A stretch of 64,000 nt of DNA from the NCBI RefSeq assembly GCF_009914755.1, contig NC_060925.1; one strand, given 5' to 3'. Origin of the DNA: the human T2T-CHM13v2.0 reference genome, Homo sapiens. This document shows positions 33,471-46,873 of this stretch, one piece after another. The position numbers and the translations under genes were made by a program. A model generated the notes under the pieces. The model saw only the letters and a program-made list of their open reading frames with translations, had not been told where the DNA came from and searched no databases. Each line of letters starts with the position of its first letter. The stretch's first letter is position 1.

Positions 33471-33522
33471 AAATTGAAAAGTACAAAGAAGTGGAAGAAG
33501 ACCAAGACCCATCATGCCCCAG
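33471..33522 (+). CDS. NBPF: Unit 5 HLS2 small exon (EIEKYKEVEEDQDPSCPR)
   Basis: 52 nt, AG/GT flanked. Confidence 0.92.
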
Positions 33523-34118
33523 GTAACTTTGAGCAATTATGGATGCTTAATTCTGTGTTGACACCTGGAGATGCCAGGTCCAGGGAAAACAAGAGTGTGT
33601 TCAATTTCATGTTTTCAACGAAGGTTGAATTACTCCTACTGACATTGCTGTTGGTTTTCATTGCAGTAGATGTTTAGGTTTCCATTTCTTCCTCCCCTTA
33701 TCATTTACTCACTTACTATAGGTTGACCATACCTCAAAGGCTGTATGGCAACTGCATGGAATCTTGAGCAAGTTTATGGAAAATTATTGAGCCCACTCTT
33801 TTCGTGATCACTGTTCGCTGTGTGTCCCGAGGGCACTAACTCAGAGTGTCCTTTGACCCCTTCATCAGTGTGTCACCCGGCCAATTCGCTGAGCTCACTT
33901 TCTCCTCTCTCTCTCTCTCCCTCTCCCTGTCTTTCTCTTTCATTCTTTTCTACCTGGCCCTGGTCTATCCCAACATAAAGGCAATAATTCATTACCTCAT
34001 TAATGGATCTGTCCTTTTTCTTTTTAAACAGTTCCTTATGTTAGCCATGAAATCTAGCTGGGGCTGTGTGGTTTCTGATTCCCCCTGGCTTATTCTTTAC
34101 TTTTTCCTACTTTTCCAG

Positions 34119-34291
34119 GCTCAGCAGGGAGCTGCTGGATGAGAAAGAGCCTGAAGTCTTGCAGGACTCACTGGATAGATGTTATTCGACTCCTTCAGGT
34201 TATCTTGAACTGCCTGACTTAGGCCAGCCCTACAGCAGTGCTGTTTACTCATTGGAGGAACAGTACCTTGGCTTGGCTCTTGACGTGGACA
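34119..34291 (+). CDS. NBPF: Unit 5 HLS2 large exon
   Basis: 173 nt, AG/GT flanked. Confidence 0.93.
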
Positions 34292-35000
34292 GTGAGTACC
34301 TTACTGTGAAGGTGATAAGCCTCCACCTGGTCTTCCAGATAGGGGTGATATTCCTGTTCCAAGTGCCCCTTACTGACCCGAGAGACGTCATTGCCGCAGG
34401 CAGAACCTATGGGCGCATATAGGTTGTAATGAAACTGTAGTCTCAGTTGGAAGCCTAGACATGAAATGGGTCAGTGAGCAAGGCTCTATTCCTAGTCTCC
34501 AGCCATGCCTGTGGCAACCTGAGCCCGCTCTCAGCACATTGGACCCAGGCAGATGTAAAAAATTCACAGAAGTATGATTTGGACTCAAGGGTTTGTAGAT
34601 TTCCTCCTTCATTCTAATTTCAGTGTCTAAAATTCTTGCATCCATGAACGAGCTGGGCATTTGATGAGACAGGGCTGAATACTTTAGTTTTCCTCCTGGA
34701 AATCATCTGGGGCATTTTCTTTGAACTGATGGGAACAATAAAGCATAACTGTTTGCACAAACTTGGGATAAATGATTTTGGGATAACGATCTACCAGAAT
34801 GGGGATATTTCACCCTTGGTTCTGAGATGCAAAGCAAGGAATATCATGACCAGCTTTCAGGCCTCCTGAAGTATATCTCTCACATGGTCCTGTTCTCATG
34901 CTGAGGAGCCTGAGATCCCTGTGTGGGGATTAGACAGTGGACTGTTATGGGTGTAGGTGAATTGGCTTATTTTGTCTGTCCCTGTCTGAATGTATTGCAG

Positions 35001-35052
35001 GATTTAAAAAGGACGAAGAAGAGGAAGAAGACCAAGACCCACCATGCCCCAG
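35001..35052 (+). CDS. NBPF: Unit 5 HLS3 small exon (RFKKDEEEEEDQDPPCPR)
   Basis: 52 nt, AG/GT flanked. Confidence 0.92.
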
Positions 35053-35441
35053 GTAACTGAGCAATTGTGAACAGCTACTTCTGTGTTGACATCTGGAGAC
35101 TCCTGGTTCAGGGAAAACAGAGCGGGCTGACATTATCGATTACATCTTTTCAACCAAGCCTGAATTATTCCTACTAACATTGCTGTTGGTTTTCATTGCA
35201 GTAGATATTTAGGTTTCCATTTCTTCCTCCCCTTATCATTTACTAACCTACTGTAGGTGGACCAGACTTCAAAAACTGTATTCTCATGGTGACTGCATGG
35301 AAACTTGAGCACATTTTATGGAAAATTATTGAGCACAGTCTTTTCATGATCCCTGTATGCTGTGTGTCCTGAGGGCACTAACTCAGAGTGTCCTGTTACT
35401 CCCTCATCAGTGTGTCACCTGGAGAATTCACTGAGCTCGTT

Positions 35442-35480
<39 letters not shown>

Positions 35481-35676
35481 TATCTGTCTTTCTCTTTCAT
35501 TCTTTTCCATTTGGCCCTGTTCTGTCCCAACATGAAGGCAACAATTTGTTACCTCATTAATGGATCTATCCTTTTAGTTTTTTAACCACTTCCCTATGCT
35601 ACCCATGAAACCTAGTTGAGGCTCTGTTGTGTATGATTTCCCCTGGCTTATTCTTTACTTTTTCCTCCTTTTCCAG

Positions 35677-35849
35677 GCTCAGCAGGGAGCTGCTGGAGGT
35701 AGTAGAGCCTGAAGTCTTGCAGGACTCACTGGATAGATGTTATTCAACTCCTTCCAGTTGTCTTGAACAGCCTGACTCCTGCCAGCCCTATGGAAGTTCC
35801 TTTTATGCATTGGAGGAAAAACATGTTGGCTTTTCTCTTGACGTGGGAG
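35677..35849 (+). CDS. NBPF: Unit 5 HLS3 large exon
   Basis: 173 nt, AG/GT flanked. Confidence 0.93.
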
Positions 35850-36563
35850 GTGAGTACCTTTCTATGAAGGTGATAAGGATCCACTGAGTCTTCCATATAA
35901 AGATCATATTCCTGCTCCAAGTGGCCATTACTGAGCTGAGAGATGTCATTGCCACAGGGAGGACCTATAGGCACATGTAGGTTGAATGAAACTCTAGTTC
36001 TACCTGGAAGCCCAGACAAGGGATGGGTCAGTGAGCAAGACTCTCTTCCTAGTCTCAGGCCATACCTGTGGCGCCCTGATCCTATTCTCATGACATTGGA
36101 CCTGGGCAGATGTGACAAATTCAGAGAACTATGATTTTGACTCAAGGGTTTGTAGATTTCCTTTTTCACTCTAATTTCAGTGTCTAATGTCCTCACAACC
36201 ATGAACAATCTGAGTATTTGATGAGACAGGGCTAAATATTGCAGTTTTTCTCCTAGAAATCATTTGAGGGTATTTGCTTTAAGTTGATTGGAAAAATATG
36301 GCGTAACTGTTTGCAGAAACTTGGGACAAATGATATTGGGATAACGATCTACTAGAATAGGGACATTTTACCCACAGTTTCTGGGAGAAAAACCGAGGAA
36401 TTTCTATCATGACCAGCCTTCAGGCCTCCTGAAATATATCTCTCACAGTGTCCTATTCTTATGCTGAGGAGCCTGAGGTCCCTGTGTGAGGATTAGACAG
36501 TGGATTGTTATGTGTGTAGGGGAATCAGCTTAATGTGTCTGTCCATGTCTGAATTTATTGCAG

Positions 36564-36672
36564 AAATTGAAAAGAAGGGGAAGGGGAAGAAAAGAAGGGG
36601 AAGAAGATCAAAGAAGGAAAGAAGAAGGGGAAGAAAAGAAGGGGAAGAAGATCAAAACCCACCATGCCCCAG
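36564..36672 (+). CDS. NBPF: Unit 6 polybasic HLS1 small exon
   Basis: 109 nt, AG/GT flanked. Confidence 0.92.
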
Positions 36673-37280
36673 GTGACTTTCAGCAATTGTGGATGCTTAA
36701 TTCTGTGTTAACACCTGGAGGCAACAGATTCAGGGAAACCAGAGTGTGTTTGATGACATGTTTTCAGCGAAGGCTGAATTACTCCTACTGTCATTGCTGT
36801 TGGTTTTCATTGCAGTAGATGTTTAGGTTTCCATTTCTTCCTCCCCTTATCATTTCCTAACGTACCATAGGTTGACCATACTTCAAAAGCTGTACTCTCA
36901 TGGCCACTGCATCGAATTTTGAGCATATTTTATGGAAAACTATTGAGCTCACTCTTTTCATGATCACAGTTTGCTGTGTGTCATGAGGGCACTAACTCAG
37001 AGTGTCCTTTGACTCCCTTACCAGTATGTCACCTGGCCAATTCACTAGGTCACTTTCTCTCTGTCTCTGTCTCTGTCTCTGTCTCTGTCTGTCTTTCTCT
37101 TTCATTGTTTTCTACCTGGCCCTGTTCTATCCCAACATAACGGCAATAATTTGTTACCTCATTAATGGATCTGTCCTTTTTCTTTTCAAACTCTTCCTTA
37201 CGTTAGCCATGAAATCTAGCTGGGGCTGTGTGGTTTCTGATTCCCCCTGGCTTATTCTTTACTTTTTCCCACTTTTCCAG

Positions 37281-37453
37281 GCTCAGCAGGGAGCTGCTGG
37301 ATGAGAAAGGGCCTGAAGTCTTGCAGGACTCACTGGATAGATGTTATTCAACTCCTTCAGGTTGTCTTGAACTGACTGACTCATGCCAGCCCTACAGAAG
37401 TGCCTTTTATGTATTGGAGCAACAGCGTGTTGGCTTGGCTGTTGACATGGATG
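37281..37453 (+). CDS. NBPF: Unit 6 HLS1 large exon
   Basis: 173 nt, AG/GT flanked. Confidence 0.93.
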
Positions 37454-38172
37454 GTGAGTACCTTTCTATGAAGGTGATAAGGATCCACTGAGTCTTCTGG
37501 TTAGGGTCATATTCCTACTGCAAGTGGCCCTTACTGAGCTGAGAGATGTCATTGCCACAGGGAGGAACTATAGGCACATGTAGGTTGAGTGAAACTCTAG
37601 TTCCACTTGGAAGCCCAGACAAGGGATGAGTCAGTGAGCAAGGCTCTCTTCCTAGTCTCAGGCCATGCCTGTGGCGCCCTAATCCTACTGTCAAGATGTT
37701 GGATCTGGGCAGATGTGACAAATTCACACAACTCTGATTTTGTCTCAATTTTGTAGATCTCGTAGATTTCATCCTTCACTCTAATTTCAGCGTCTAAAAT
37801 CCTCGCTACCATGAACAATCTGAGTATTTGATGAGACAGGGCTGAATAGTGCAGTTTTTCTCCTAGCAGCCATTTGGGGGCATTTGCTTTAAATCGATTG
37901 GAAAAATATGGCATAACCATTTGCACAAACTTGGGACAAATGATATTGGGATAACGATCTACCAGAATAGGGAATTTTACCCACAGTTTCTGGGACAAAA
38001 ACCAAGGAATCTCTATGGTGATCAGCCTTCAGGCCTCCTGAAGACTATCTCTCACAGTGTCCTATTCTCATGCTGAGGAGCCTGAAGTCCCTGTGTGAGG
38101 ATTAGACAGTGGATTGTTATGTGTGTAGGAGAACCAGCTTAATATGTCTGTCCATGTCTGAACTTATTGCAG

Positions 38173-38224
38173 AAATTGAAAAGTACAAAGAAGTGGAAGA
38201 AGACCAAGACCCATCATGCCCCAG
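38173..38224 (+). CDS. NBPF: Unit 6 HLS2 small exon
   Basis: 52 nt, AG/GT flanked. Confidence 0.92.
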
Positions 38225-38820
38225 GTAACTTTGAGCAATTATGGATGCTTAATTCTGTGTTGACACCTGGAGATGCCAGGTCCAGGGAAAACAAGAGTGT
38301 GTTCAATTTCATGTTTTCAACGAAGGTTGAATTACTCCTACTGACATTGCTGTTGGTTTTCATTGCAGTAGGTGTTTAGGTTTCCATTTCTTCCTCCCCT
38401 TATCATTTACTCACTTACTATAGGTTGACCATACCTCAAAGGCTGTATGGCAACTGCATGGAATCTTGAGCAAGTTTATGGAAAATTATTGAGCCCACTC
38501 TTTTCGTGATCACTGTTCGCTGTGTGTCCCGAGGGCACTAACTCAGAGTGTCCTTTGACCCGTTCATCAGTGTGTCACCCGGCCAATTCGCTGAGCTCAC
38601 TTTCTCCTCTCTCTCTCTCTCCCTCTCCCTGTCTTTCTCTTTCATTCTTTTCTACCTGGCCCTGGTCTATCCCAACATAAAGGCAATAATTCATTACCTC
38701 ATTAATGGATCTGTCCTATTTCTTTTTAAACAGTTCCTTATGATAGCCATGAAATCTAGCTGGGGCTGTGTGGTTTCTGATTCCCCCTGGCTTATTCTTT
38801 ACTTTTTCCTACTTTTCCAG

Positions 38821-38993
38821 GCTCAGCAGGGAGCTGCTGGATGAGAAAGAGCCTGAAGTCTTGCAGGACTCACTGGATAGATGTTATTCGACTCCTTCAG
38901 GTTATCTTGAACTGCCTGACTTAGGCCAGCCCTACAGCAGTGCTGTTTACTCATTGGAGGAACAGTACCTTGGCTTGGCTCTTGACGTGGACA
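38821..38993 (+). CDS. NBPF: Unit 6 HLS2 large exon
   Basis: 173 nt, AG/GT flanked. Confidence 0.93.
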
Positions 38994-39702
38994 GTGAGTA
39001 CCTTACTGTGAAGGTGATAAGCCTCCACCTGGTCTTCCAGATAGGGGTGATATTCCTGTTCCAAGTGCCCCTTACTGACCCGAGAGACGTCATTGCCGCA
39101 GGCAGGACCTATGGGCGCATATAGGTTGTAATGGAACTGTAGTCTCAGTTGGAAGCCTAGACATGAAATGGGTCAGTGAGCAAGGCTCTATTCCTAGTCT
39201 CCAGCCATGCCTGTGGCAACCTGAGCCCGCTCTCAGCACATTGGACCCAGGCAGATGTAAAAAATTCACAGAAGTATGATTTGGACTCAAGGGTTTGTAG
39301 ATTTCCTCCTTCATTCTAATTTCAGTGTCTAAAATTCTTGCATCCATGAACGAGCTGGGCATTTGATGAGACAGGGCTGAATACTTTAGTTTTCCTCCTG
39401 GAAATCATCTGGGGCATTTTCTTTGAACTGATGGGAACAATAAAGCATAACTGTTTGCACAAACTTGGGATAAATGATTTTGGGATAACGATCTACCAGA
39501 ATGGGGATATTTCACCCTTGGTTCTGAGATGCAAACCAAAGAATATCATGACCAGCTTTCAGGCCTCCTGAAGTATATCTCTCACATTGTCCTGTTCTCA
39601 TGCTGAGGAGCCTGAGATCCCTGTGTGGGGATTAGACAGTGGACTGTTATGGGTGTAGGTGAATTGGCTTATTTTGTCTGTCCCTGTCTGAATGTATTGC
39701 AG

Positions 39703-39754
39703 GAATTAAAAAGGACCAAGAAGAGGAAGAAGACCAAGGCCCACCATGCCCCAG
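39703..39754 (+). CDS. NBPF: Unit 6 HLS3 small exon (RIKKDQEEEEDQGPPCPR)
   Basis: 52 nt, AG/GT flanked. Confidence 0.92.
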
Positions 39755-40151
39755 GTAACTGAGCAATTGTGAACAGCTACTTCTGTGTTGACATCTGGAG
39801 ACTCCTGGTTCAGGGAAAACAGAGCGGGCTGACATTATCGATTACATCTTTTCAACCAAGCCTGAATTATTCCTACTAACATTGCTGTTGGTTTTCATTG
39901 CAGTAGATATTTAGGTTTCCATTTCTTCCTCCCCTTATCATTTACTAACCTACTGTAGGTGGACCAGACTTCAAAAACTGTATTCTCATGGCGACTGCAT
40001 GGAAACTTGAGCACATTTTATGGAAAATTATTGAGCACAGTCTTTTCATGATCCCTGTATGCTGTGTGTCCTGAGGGCACTAACTCAGAGTGTCCTGTTA
40101 CTCCCTCATCAGTGTGTCACCTGGACAATTCACTGAGCTCGTTCTCTCTCT

Positions 40152-40194
<43 letters not shown>

Positions 40195-40390
40195 TATCTG
40201 TCTTTCTCTTTCATTCTTTTCCATTTGGCCCTGTTCTGTCCCAACATGAAGGCAATAATTTGTTACCTCATTAATGGATCTATCCTTTTAGTTTTTTAAC
40301 CACTTCCCTATGCTACCCATGAAACCTAGTTGGGGCTCTGTTGTGTCTGATTTCCCCTGGCTTATTCTTTACTTTTTCCTCCTTTTCCAG

Positions 40391-40563
40391 GCTCAGCAGG
40401 GAGCTGCTGGAGGTAGTAGAGCCTGAAGTCTTGCAGGACTCACTGGATAGATGTTATTCAACTCCTTCCAGTTGTCTTGAACAGCCTGACTCCTGCCAGC
40501 CCTATGGAAGTTCCTTTTATGCATTGGAGGAAAAACATGTTGGCTTTTCTCTTGACGTGGGAG
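40391..40563 (+). CDS. NBPF: Unit 6 HLS3 large exon
   Basis: 173 nt, AG/GT flanked. Confidence 0.93.
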
Positions 40564-41277
40564 GTGAGTACCTTTCTATGAAGGTGATAAGGATCCACTG
40601 AGTCTTCCATATAAAGATCATATTCCTGCTCCAAGTGGCCATTACTGAGCTGAGAGATGTCATTGCCACAGGGAGGACCTATAGGCACATGTAGGTTGAA
40701 TGAAACTCTAGTTCTACCTGGAAGCCCAGACAAGGGATGGGTCAGTGAGCAAGACTCTCTTCCTAGTCTCAGGCCATACCTGTGGCGCCCTGATCCTATT
40801 CTCATGACATTGGACCTGGGCAGATGTGACAAATTCAGAGAACTATGATTTTGACTCAAGGGTTTGTAGATTTCCTTTTTCACTCTAATTTCAGTGTCTA
40901 AAGTCCTCACAACCATGAACAATCTGAGTATTTGATGAGACAGGGCTAAATATTGCAGTTTTTCTCCTAGAAATCATTTGAGGGTATTTGCTTTAAGTTG
41001 ATTGGAAAAATATGGCGTAACTGTTTGCACAAACTTGGGACAAATGATATTGGGATAACGATCTACTAGAATAGGGACATTTTACCCACAGTTTCTGGGA
41101 GAAAAACCGAGGAATTTCTATCATGACCAGCCTTCAGGCCTCCTGAAATATATCTCTCACAGTGTCCTATTCTTATGCTGAGGAGCCTGAGGTCCCTGTG
41201 TGAGGATTAGACAGTGGATTGTTATGTGTGTAGGGGAATCAGCTTAATGTGTCTGTCCATGTCTGAATTTATTGCAG

Positions 41278-41386
41278 AAATTGAAAAGAAGGGGAAGGGG
41301 AAGAAAAGAAGGGGAAGAAGATCAAAGAAGGAAAGAAGAAGGGGAAGAAAAGAAGGGGAAGAAGATCAAAACCCACCATGCCCCAG
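41278..41386 (+). CDS. NBPF: Unit 7 polybasic HLS1 small exon
   Basis: 109 nt, AG/GT flanked. Confidence 0.92.
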
Positions 41387-41988
41387 GTGACTTTCAGCAA
41401 TTGTGGATGCTTAATTCTGTGTTAACACCTGGAGGCAACAGATTCAGGGAAACCAGAGTGTGTTTGATGACATGTTTTCAGCGAAGGCTGAATTACTCCT
41501 ACTGTCATTGCTGTTGGTTTTCATTGCAGTAGATGTTTAGGTTTCCATTTCTTCCTCCCCTTATCATTTCCTAACGTACCATAGGTTGACCATACTTCAA
41601 AAGCTGTACTCTCATGGCCACTGCATCGAATTTTGAGCATATTTTATGGAAAACTATTGAGCTCACTCTTTTCATGATCACAGTTTGCTGTGTGTCATGA
41701 GGGCACTAACTCAGAGTGTCCTTTGACTCCCTTACCAGTATGTCACCTGGCCAATTCACTAGGTCACTTTCTCTCTGTCTCTGTCTCTGTCTCTGTCTGT
41801 CTTTCTCTTTCATTGTTTTCTACCTGGCCCTGTTCTATCCCAACATAAAGGCAATAATTTGTTACCTCATTAATGGATCTGTCCTTTTTCTTTTCAAACT
41901 CTTCCTTACGTTAGCCATGAAATCTAGCTGGGGCTGTGTGGTTTCTGATTCCCCCTGGCTTATTCTTTACTTTTTCCCACTTTTCCAG

Positions 41989-42161
41989 GCTCAGCAGGGA
42001 GCTGCTGGATGAGAAAGGGCCTGAAGTCTTGCAGGACTCACTGGATAGATGTTATTCAACTCCTTCAGGTTGTCTTGAACTGACTGACTCATGCCAGCCC
42101 TACAGAAGTGCCTTTTATGTATTGGAGCAACAGCGTGTTGGCTTGGCTGTTGACATGGATG
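41989..42161 (+). CDS. NBPF: Unit 7 HLS1 large exon
   Basis: 173 nt, AG/GT flanked. Confidence 0.93.
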
Positions 42162-42880
42162 GTGAGTACCTTTCTATGAAGGTGATAAGGATCCACTGAG
42201 TCTTCTGGTTAGGGTCATATTCCTACTGCAAGTGGCCCTTACTGAGCTGAGAGATGTCATTGCCACAGGGAGGAACTATAGGCACATGTAGGTTGAGTGA
42301 AACTCTAGTTCCACTTGGAAGCCCAGACAAGGGATGGGTCAGTGAGCAAGGCTCTCTTCGTAGTCTCAGGCCATGCCTGTGGCGCCCTAATCCTACTGTC
42401 AAGATGTTGGATCTGGGCAGATGTGACAAATTCACACAACTCTGATTTTGTCTCAATTTTGTAGATCTTGTAGATTTCATCCTTCACTCTAATTTCAGCG
42501 TGTAAAATCCTCACTACCATGAACAATCTGAGTATTTGATGAGACAGGGCTGAATAGTGCAGTTTTTCTCTTAGCAGCCATTTGGGGGCATTTGCTTTAA
42601 ATCGATTGGAAAAATATGGCATAACCATTTGCACAAACTTGGGACAAATGATATTGGGATAACGATCTACCAGAATAGGGAATTTTACCCACAGTTTCTG
42701 GGACAAAAACCAAGGAATCTCTATGGTGATCAGCCTTCAGGCCTCCTGAAGACTATCTCTCACAGTGTCCTATTCTCATGCTGAGGAGCCTGAAGTCCCT
42801 GTGTGAGGATTAGACAGTGGATTGTTATGTGTGTAGGAGAACCAGCTTAATATGTCTGTCCATGTCTGAACTTATTGCAG

Positions 42881-42932
42881 AAATTGAAAAGTACAAAGAA
42901 GTGGAAGAAGACCAAGACCCATCATGCCCCAG
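42881..42932 (+). CDS. NBPF: Unit 7 HLS2 small exon
   Basis: 52 nt, AG/GT flanked. Confidence 0.92.
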
Positions 42933-43528
42933 GTAACTTTGAGCAATTATGGATGCTTAATTCTGTGTTGACACCTGGAGATGCCAGGTCCAGGGAAAAC
43001 AAGAGTGTGTTCAATTTCATGTTTTCAACGAAGGTTGAATTACTCCTACTGACATTGCTGTTGGTTTTCATTGCAGTAGATGTTTAGGTTTCCATTTCTT
43101 CCTCCCCTTATCATTTACTCACTTACTATAGGTTGACCATACCTCAAAGGCTGTATGGCAACTGCATGGAATCTTGAGCAAGTTTATGGAAAATTATTGA
43201 GCCCACTCTTTTCGTGATCACTGTTCGCTGTGTGTCCCGAGGGCACTAACTCAGAGTGTCCTTTGACCCCTTCATCAGTGTGTCACCCGGCCAATTCGCT
43301 GAGCTCACTTTCTCCTCTCTCTCTCTCTCCCTCTCCCTGTCTTTCTCTTTCATTCTTTTCTACCTGGCCCTGGTCTATCCCAACATAAAGGCAATAATTC
43401 ATTACCTCATTAATGGATCTGTCCTATTTCTTTTTAAACAGTTCCTTATGTTAGCCATGAAATCTAGCTGGGGCTGTGTGGTTTCTGATTCCCCCTGGCT
43501 TATTCTTTACTTTTTCCTACTTTTCCAG

Positions 43529-43701
43529 GCTCAGCAGGGAGCTGCTGGATGAGAAAGAGCCTGAAGTCTTGCAGGACTCACTGGATAGATGTTATTCGAC
43601 TCCTTCAGGTTATCTTGAACTGCCTGACTTAGGCCAGCCCTACAGCAGTGCTGTTTACTCATTGGAGGAACAGTACCTTGGCTTGGCTCTTGACGTGGAC
43701 A
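43529..43701 (+). CDS. NBPF: Unit 7 HLS2 large exon
   Basis: 173 nt, AG/GT flanked. Confidence 0.93.
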
Positions 43702-44410
43702 GTGAGTACCTTACTGTGAAGGTGATAAGCCTCCACCTGGTCTTCCAGATAGGGGTGATATTCCTGTTCCAAGTGCCCCTTACTGACCCGAGAGACGTCA
43801 TTGCCGCAGGCAGGACCTATGGGCGCATATAGGTTGTAATGAAACTGTAGTCTCAGTTGGAAGCCTAGACATGAAATGGGTCAGTGAGCAAGGCTCTATT
43901 CCTAGTCTCCAGCCATGCCTGTGGCAACCTGAGCCCGCTCTCAGCACATTGGACCCAGGCAGATGTAAAAAATTCACAGAAGTATGATTTGGACTCAAGG
44001 GTTTGTAGATTTCCTCCTTCATTCTAATTTCAGTGTCTAAAATTCTTGCATCCATGAACGAGCTGGGCATTTGATGAGACAGGGCTGAATACTTTAGTTT
44101 TCCTCCTGGAAATCATCTGGGGCATTTTCTTTGAACTGATGGGAGCAATAAAGCATAACTGTTTGCACAAACTTGGGATAAATGATTTTGGGATAACGAT
44201 CTACCAGAATGGGGATATTTCACCCTTGGTTCTGAGATGCAAACCAAAGAATATCATGACCAGCTTTCAGGCCTCCTGAAGTATATCTCTCACATTGTCC
44301 TGTTCTCATGCTGAGGAGCCTGAGATCCCTGTGTGGGGATTAGACAGTGGACTGTTATGGGTGTAGGTGAATTGGCTTATTTTGTCTGTCCCTGTCTGAA
44401 TGTATTGCAG

Positions 44411-44462
44411 GAATTAAAAAGGACCAAGAAGAGGAAGAAGACCAAGGCCCACCATGCCCCAG
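44411..44462 (+). CDS. NBPF: Unit 7 HLS3 small exon
   Basis: 52 nt, AG/GT flanked. Confidence 0.92.
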
Positions 44463-44857
44463 GTAACTGAGCAATTGTGAACAGCTACTTCTGTGTTGAC
44501 ATCTGGAGACTCCTGGTTCAGGGAAAACAGAGCGGGCTGACATTATCGATTACATCTTTTCAACCAAGCCTGAATTATTCCTACTAACATTGCTGTTGGT
44601 TTTCATTGCAGTAGATATTTAGGTTTCCATTTCTTCCTCCCCTTATCATTTACTAACCTACTGTAGGTGGACCAGACTTCAAAAACTGTATTCTCATGGC
44701 GACTGCATGGAAACTTGAGCACATTTTATGGAAAATTATTGAGCACAGTCTTTTCATGATCCCTGTATGCTGTGTGTCCTGAGGGCACTAACTCAGAGTG
44801 TCCTGTTACTCCCTCATCAGTGTGTCACCTGGACAATTCACTGAGCTCGTTCTCTCT

Positions 44858-44894
<37 letters not shown>

Positions 44895-45090
44895 TATCTG
44901 TCTTTCTCTTTCATTCTTTTCCATTTGGCCCTGTTCTGTCCCAACATGAAGGCAATAATTTGTTACCTCATTAATGGATCTATCCTTTTAGTTTTTTAAC
45001 CACTTCCCTATGCTACCCATGAAACCTAGTTGGGGCTCTGTTGTGTCTGATTTCCCCTGGCTTATTCTTTACTTTTTCCTCCTTTTCCAG

Positions 45091-45263
45091 GCTCAGCAGG
45101 GAGCTGCTGGAGGTAGTAGAGCCTGAAGTCTTGCAGGACTCACTGGATAGATGTTATTCAACTCCTTCCAGTTGTCTTGAACAGCCTGACTCCTGCCAGC
45201 CCTATGGAAGTTCCTTTTATGCATTGGAGGAAAAACATGTTGGCTTTTCTCTTGACGTGGGAG
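45091..45263 (+). CDS. NBPF: Unit 7 HLS3 large exon
   Basis: 173 nt, AG/GT flanked. Confidence 0.93.
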
Positions 45264-45977
45264 GTGAGTACCTTTCTATGAAGGTGATAAGGATCCACTG
45301 AGTCTTCCATATAAAGATCATATTCCTGCTCCAAGTGGCCATTACTGAGCTGAGAGATGTCATTGCCACAGGGAGGACCTATAGGCACATGTAGGTTGAA
45401 TGAAACTCTAGTTCTACCTGGAAGCCCAGACAAGGGATGGGTCAGTGAGCAAGACTCTCTTCCTAGTCTCAGGCCATACCTGTGGCGCCCTGATCCTATT
45501 CTCATGACATTGGACCTGGGCAGATGTGACAAATTCAGAGAACTATGATTTTGACTCAAGGGTTTGTAGATTTCCTTTTTCACTCTAATTTCAGTGTCTA
45601 AAGTCCTCACAACCATGAACAATCTGAGTATTTGATGAGACAGGGCTAAATATTGCAGTTTTTCTCCTAGAAATCATTTGAGGGTATTTGCTTTAAGTTG
45701 ATTGGAAAAATATGGCGTAACTGTTTGCACAAACTTGGGACAAATGATATTGGGATAACGATCTACTAGAATAGGGACATTTTACCCACAGTTTCTGGGA
45801 GAAAAACCGAGGAATTTCTATCATGACCAGCCTTCAGGCCTCCTGAAATATATCTCTCACAGTGTCCTATTCTTATGCTGAGGAGCCTGAGGTCCCTGTG
45901 TGAGGATTAGACAGTGGATTGTTATGTGTGTAGGGGAATCAGCTTAATGTGTCTGTCCATGTCTGAATTTATTGCAG

Positions 45978-46086
45978 AAATTGAAAAGAAGGGGAAGGGG
46001 AAGAAAAGAAGGGGAAGAAGATCAAAGAAGGAAAGAAGAAGGGGAAGAAAAGAAGGGGAAGAAGATCAAAACCCACCATGCCCCAG
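45978..46086 (+). CDS. NBPF: Unit 8 polybasic HLS1 small exon
   Basis: 109 nt, AG/GT flanked. Confidence 0.92.
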
Positions 46087-46700
46087 GTGACTTTCAGCAA
46101 TTGTGGATGCTTAATTCTGTGTTAACACCTGGAGGCAACAGATTCAGGGAAACCAGAGTGTGTTTGATGACATGTTTTCAGCGAAGGCTGAATTACTCCT
46201 ACTGTCATTGCTGTTGGTTTTCATTGCAGTAGATGTTTAGGTTTCCATTTCTTCCTCCCCTTATCATTTCCTAACGTACCATAGGTTGACCATACTTCAA
46301 AAGCTGTACTCTCATGGCCACTGCATCGAATTTTGAGCATATTTTATGGAAAACTATTGAGCTCACTCTTTTCATGATCACAGTTTGCTGTGTGTCATGA
46401 GGGCACTAACTCAGAGTGTCCTTTGACTCCCTTACCAGTATGTCACCTGGCCAATTCACTAGGTCACTTTCTCTCTGTCTCTGTCTCTGTCTCTGTCTCT
46501 GTCTCTGTCTGTCTTTCTCTTTCATTGTTTTCTACCTGGCCCTGTTCTATCCCAACATAAAGGCAATAATTTGTTACCTCATTAATGGATCTGTCCTTTT
46601 TCTTTTCAAACTCTTCCTTACGTTAGCCATGAAATCTAGCTGGGGCTGTGTGGTTTCTGATTCCCCCTGGCTTATTCTTTACTTTTTCCCACTTTTCCAG

Positions 46701-46873
46701 GCTCAGCAGGGAGCTGCTGGATGAGAAAGGGCCTGAAGTCTTGCAGGACTCACTGGATAGATGTTATTCAACTCCTTCAGGTTGTCTTGAACTGACTGAC
46801 TCATGCCAGCCCTACAGAAGTGCCTTTTATGTATTGGAGCAACAGCGTGTTGGCTTGGCTGTTGACATGGATG
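46701..46873 (+). CDS. NBPF: Unit 8 HLS1 large exon
   Basis: 173 nt, AG/GT flanked. Confidence 0.93.
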
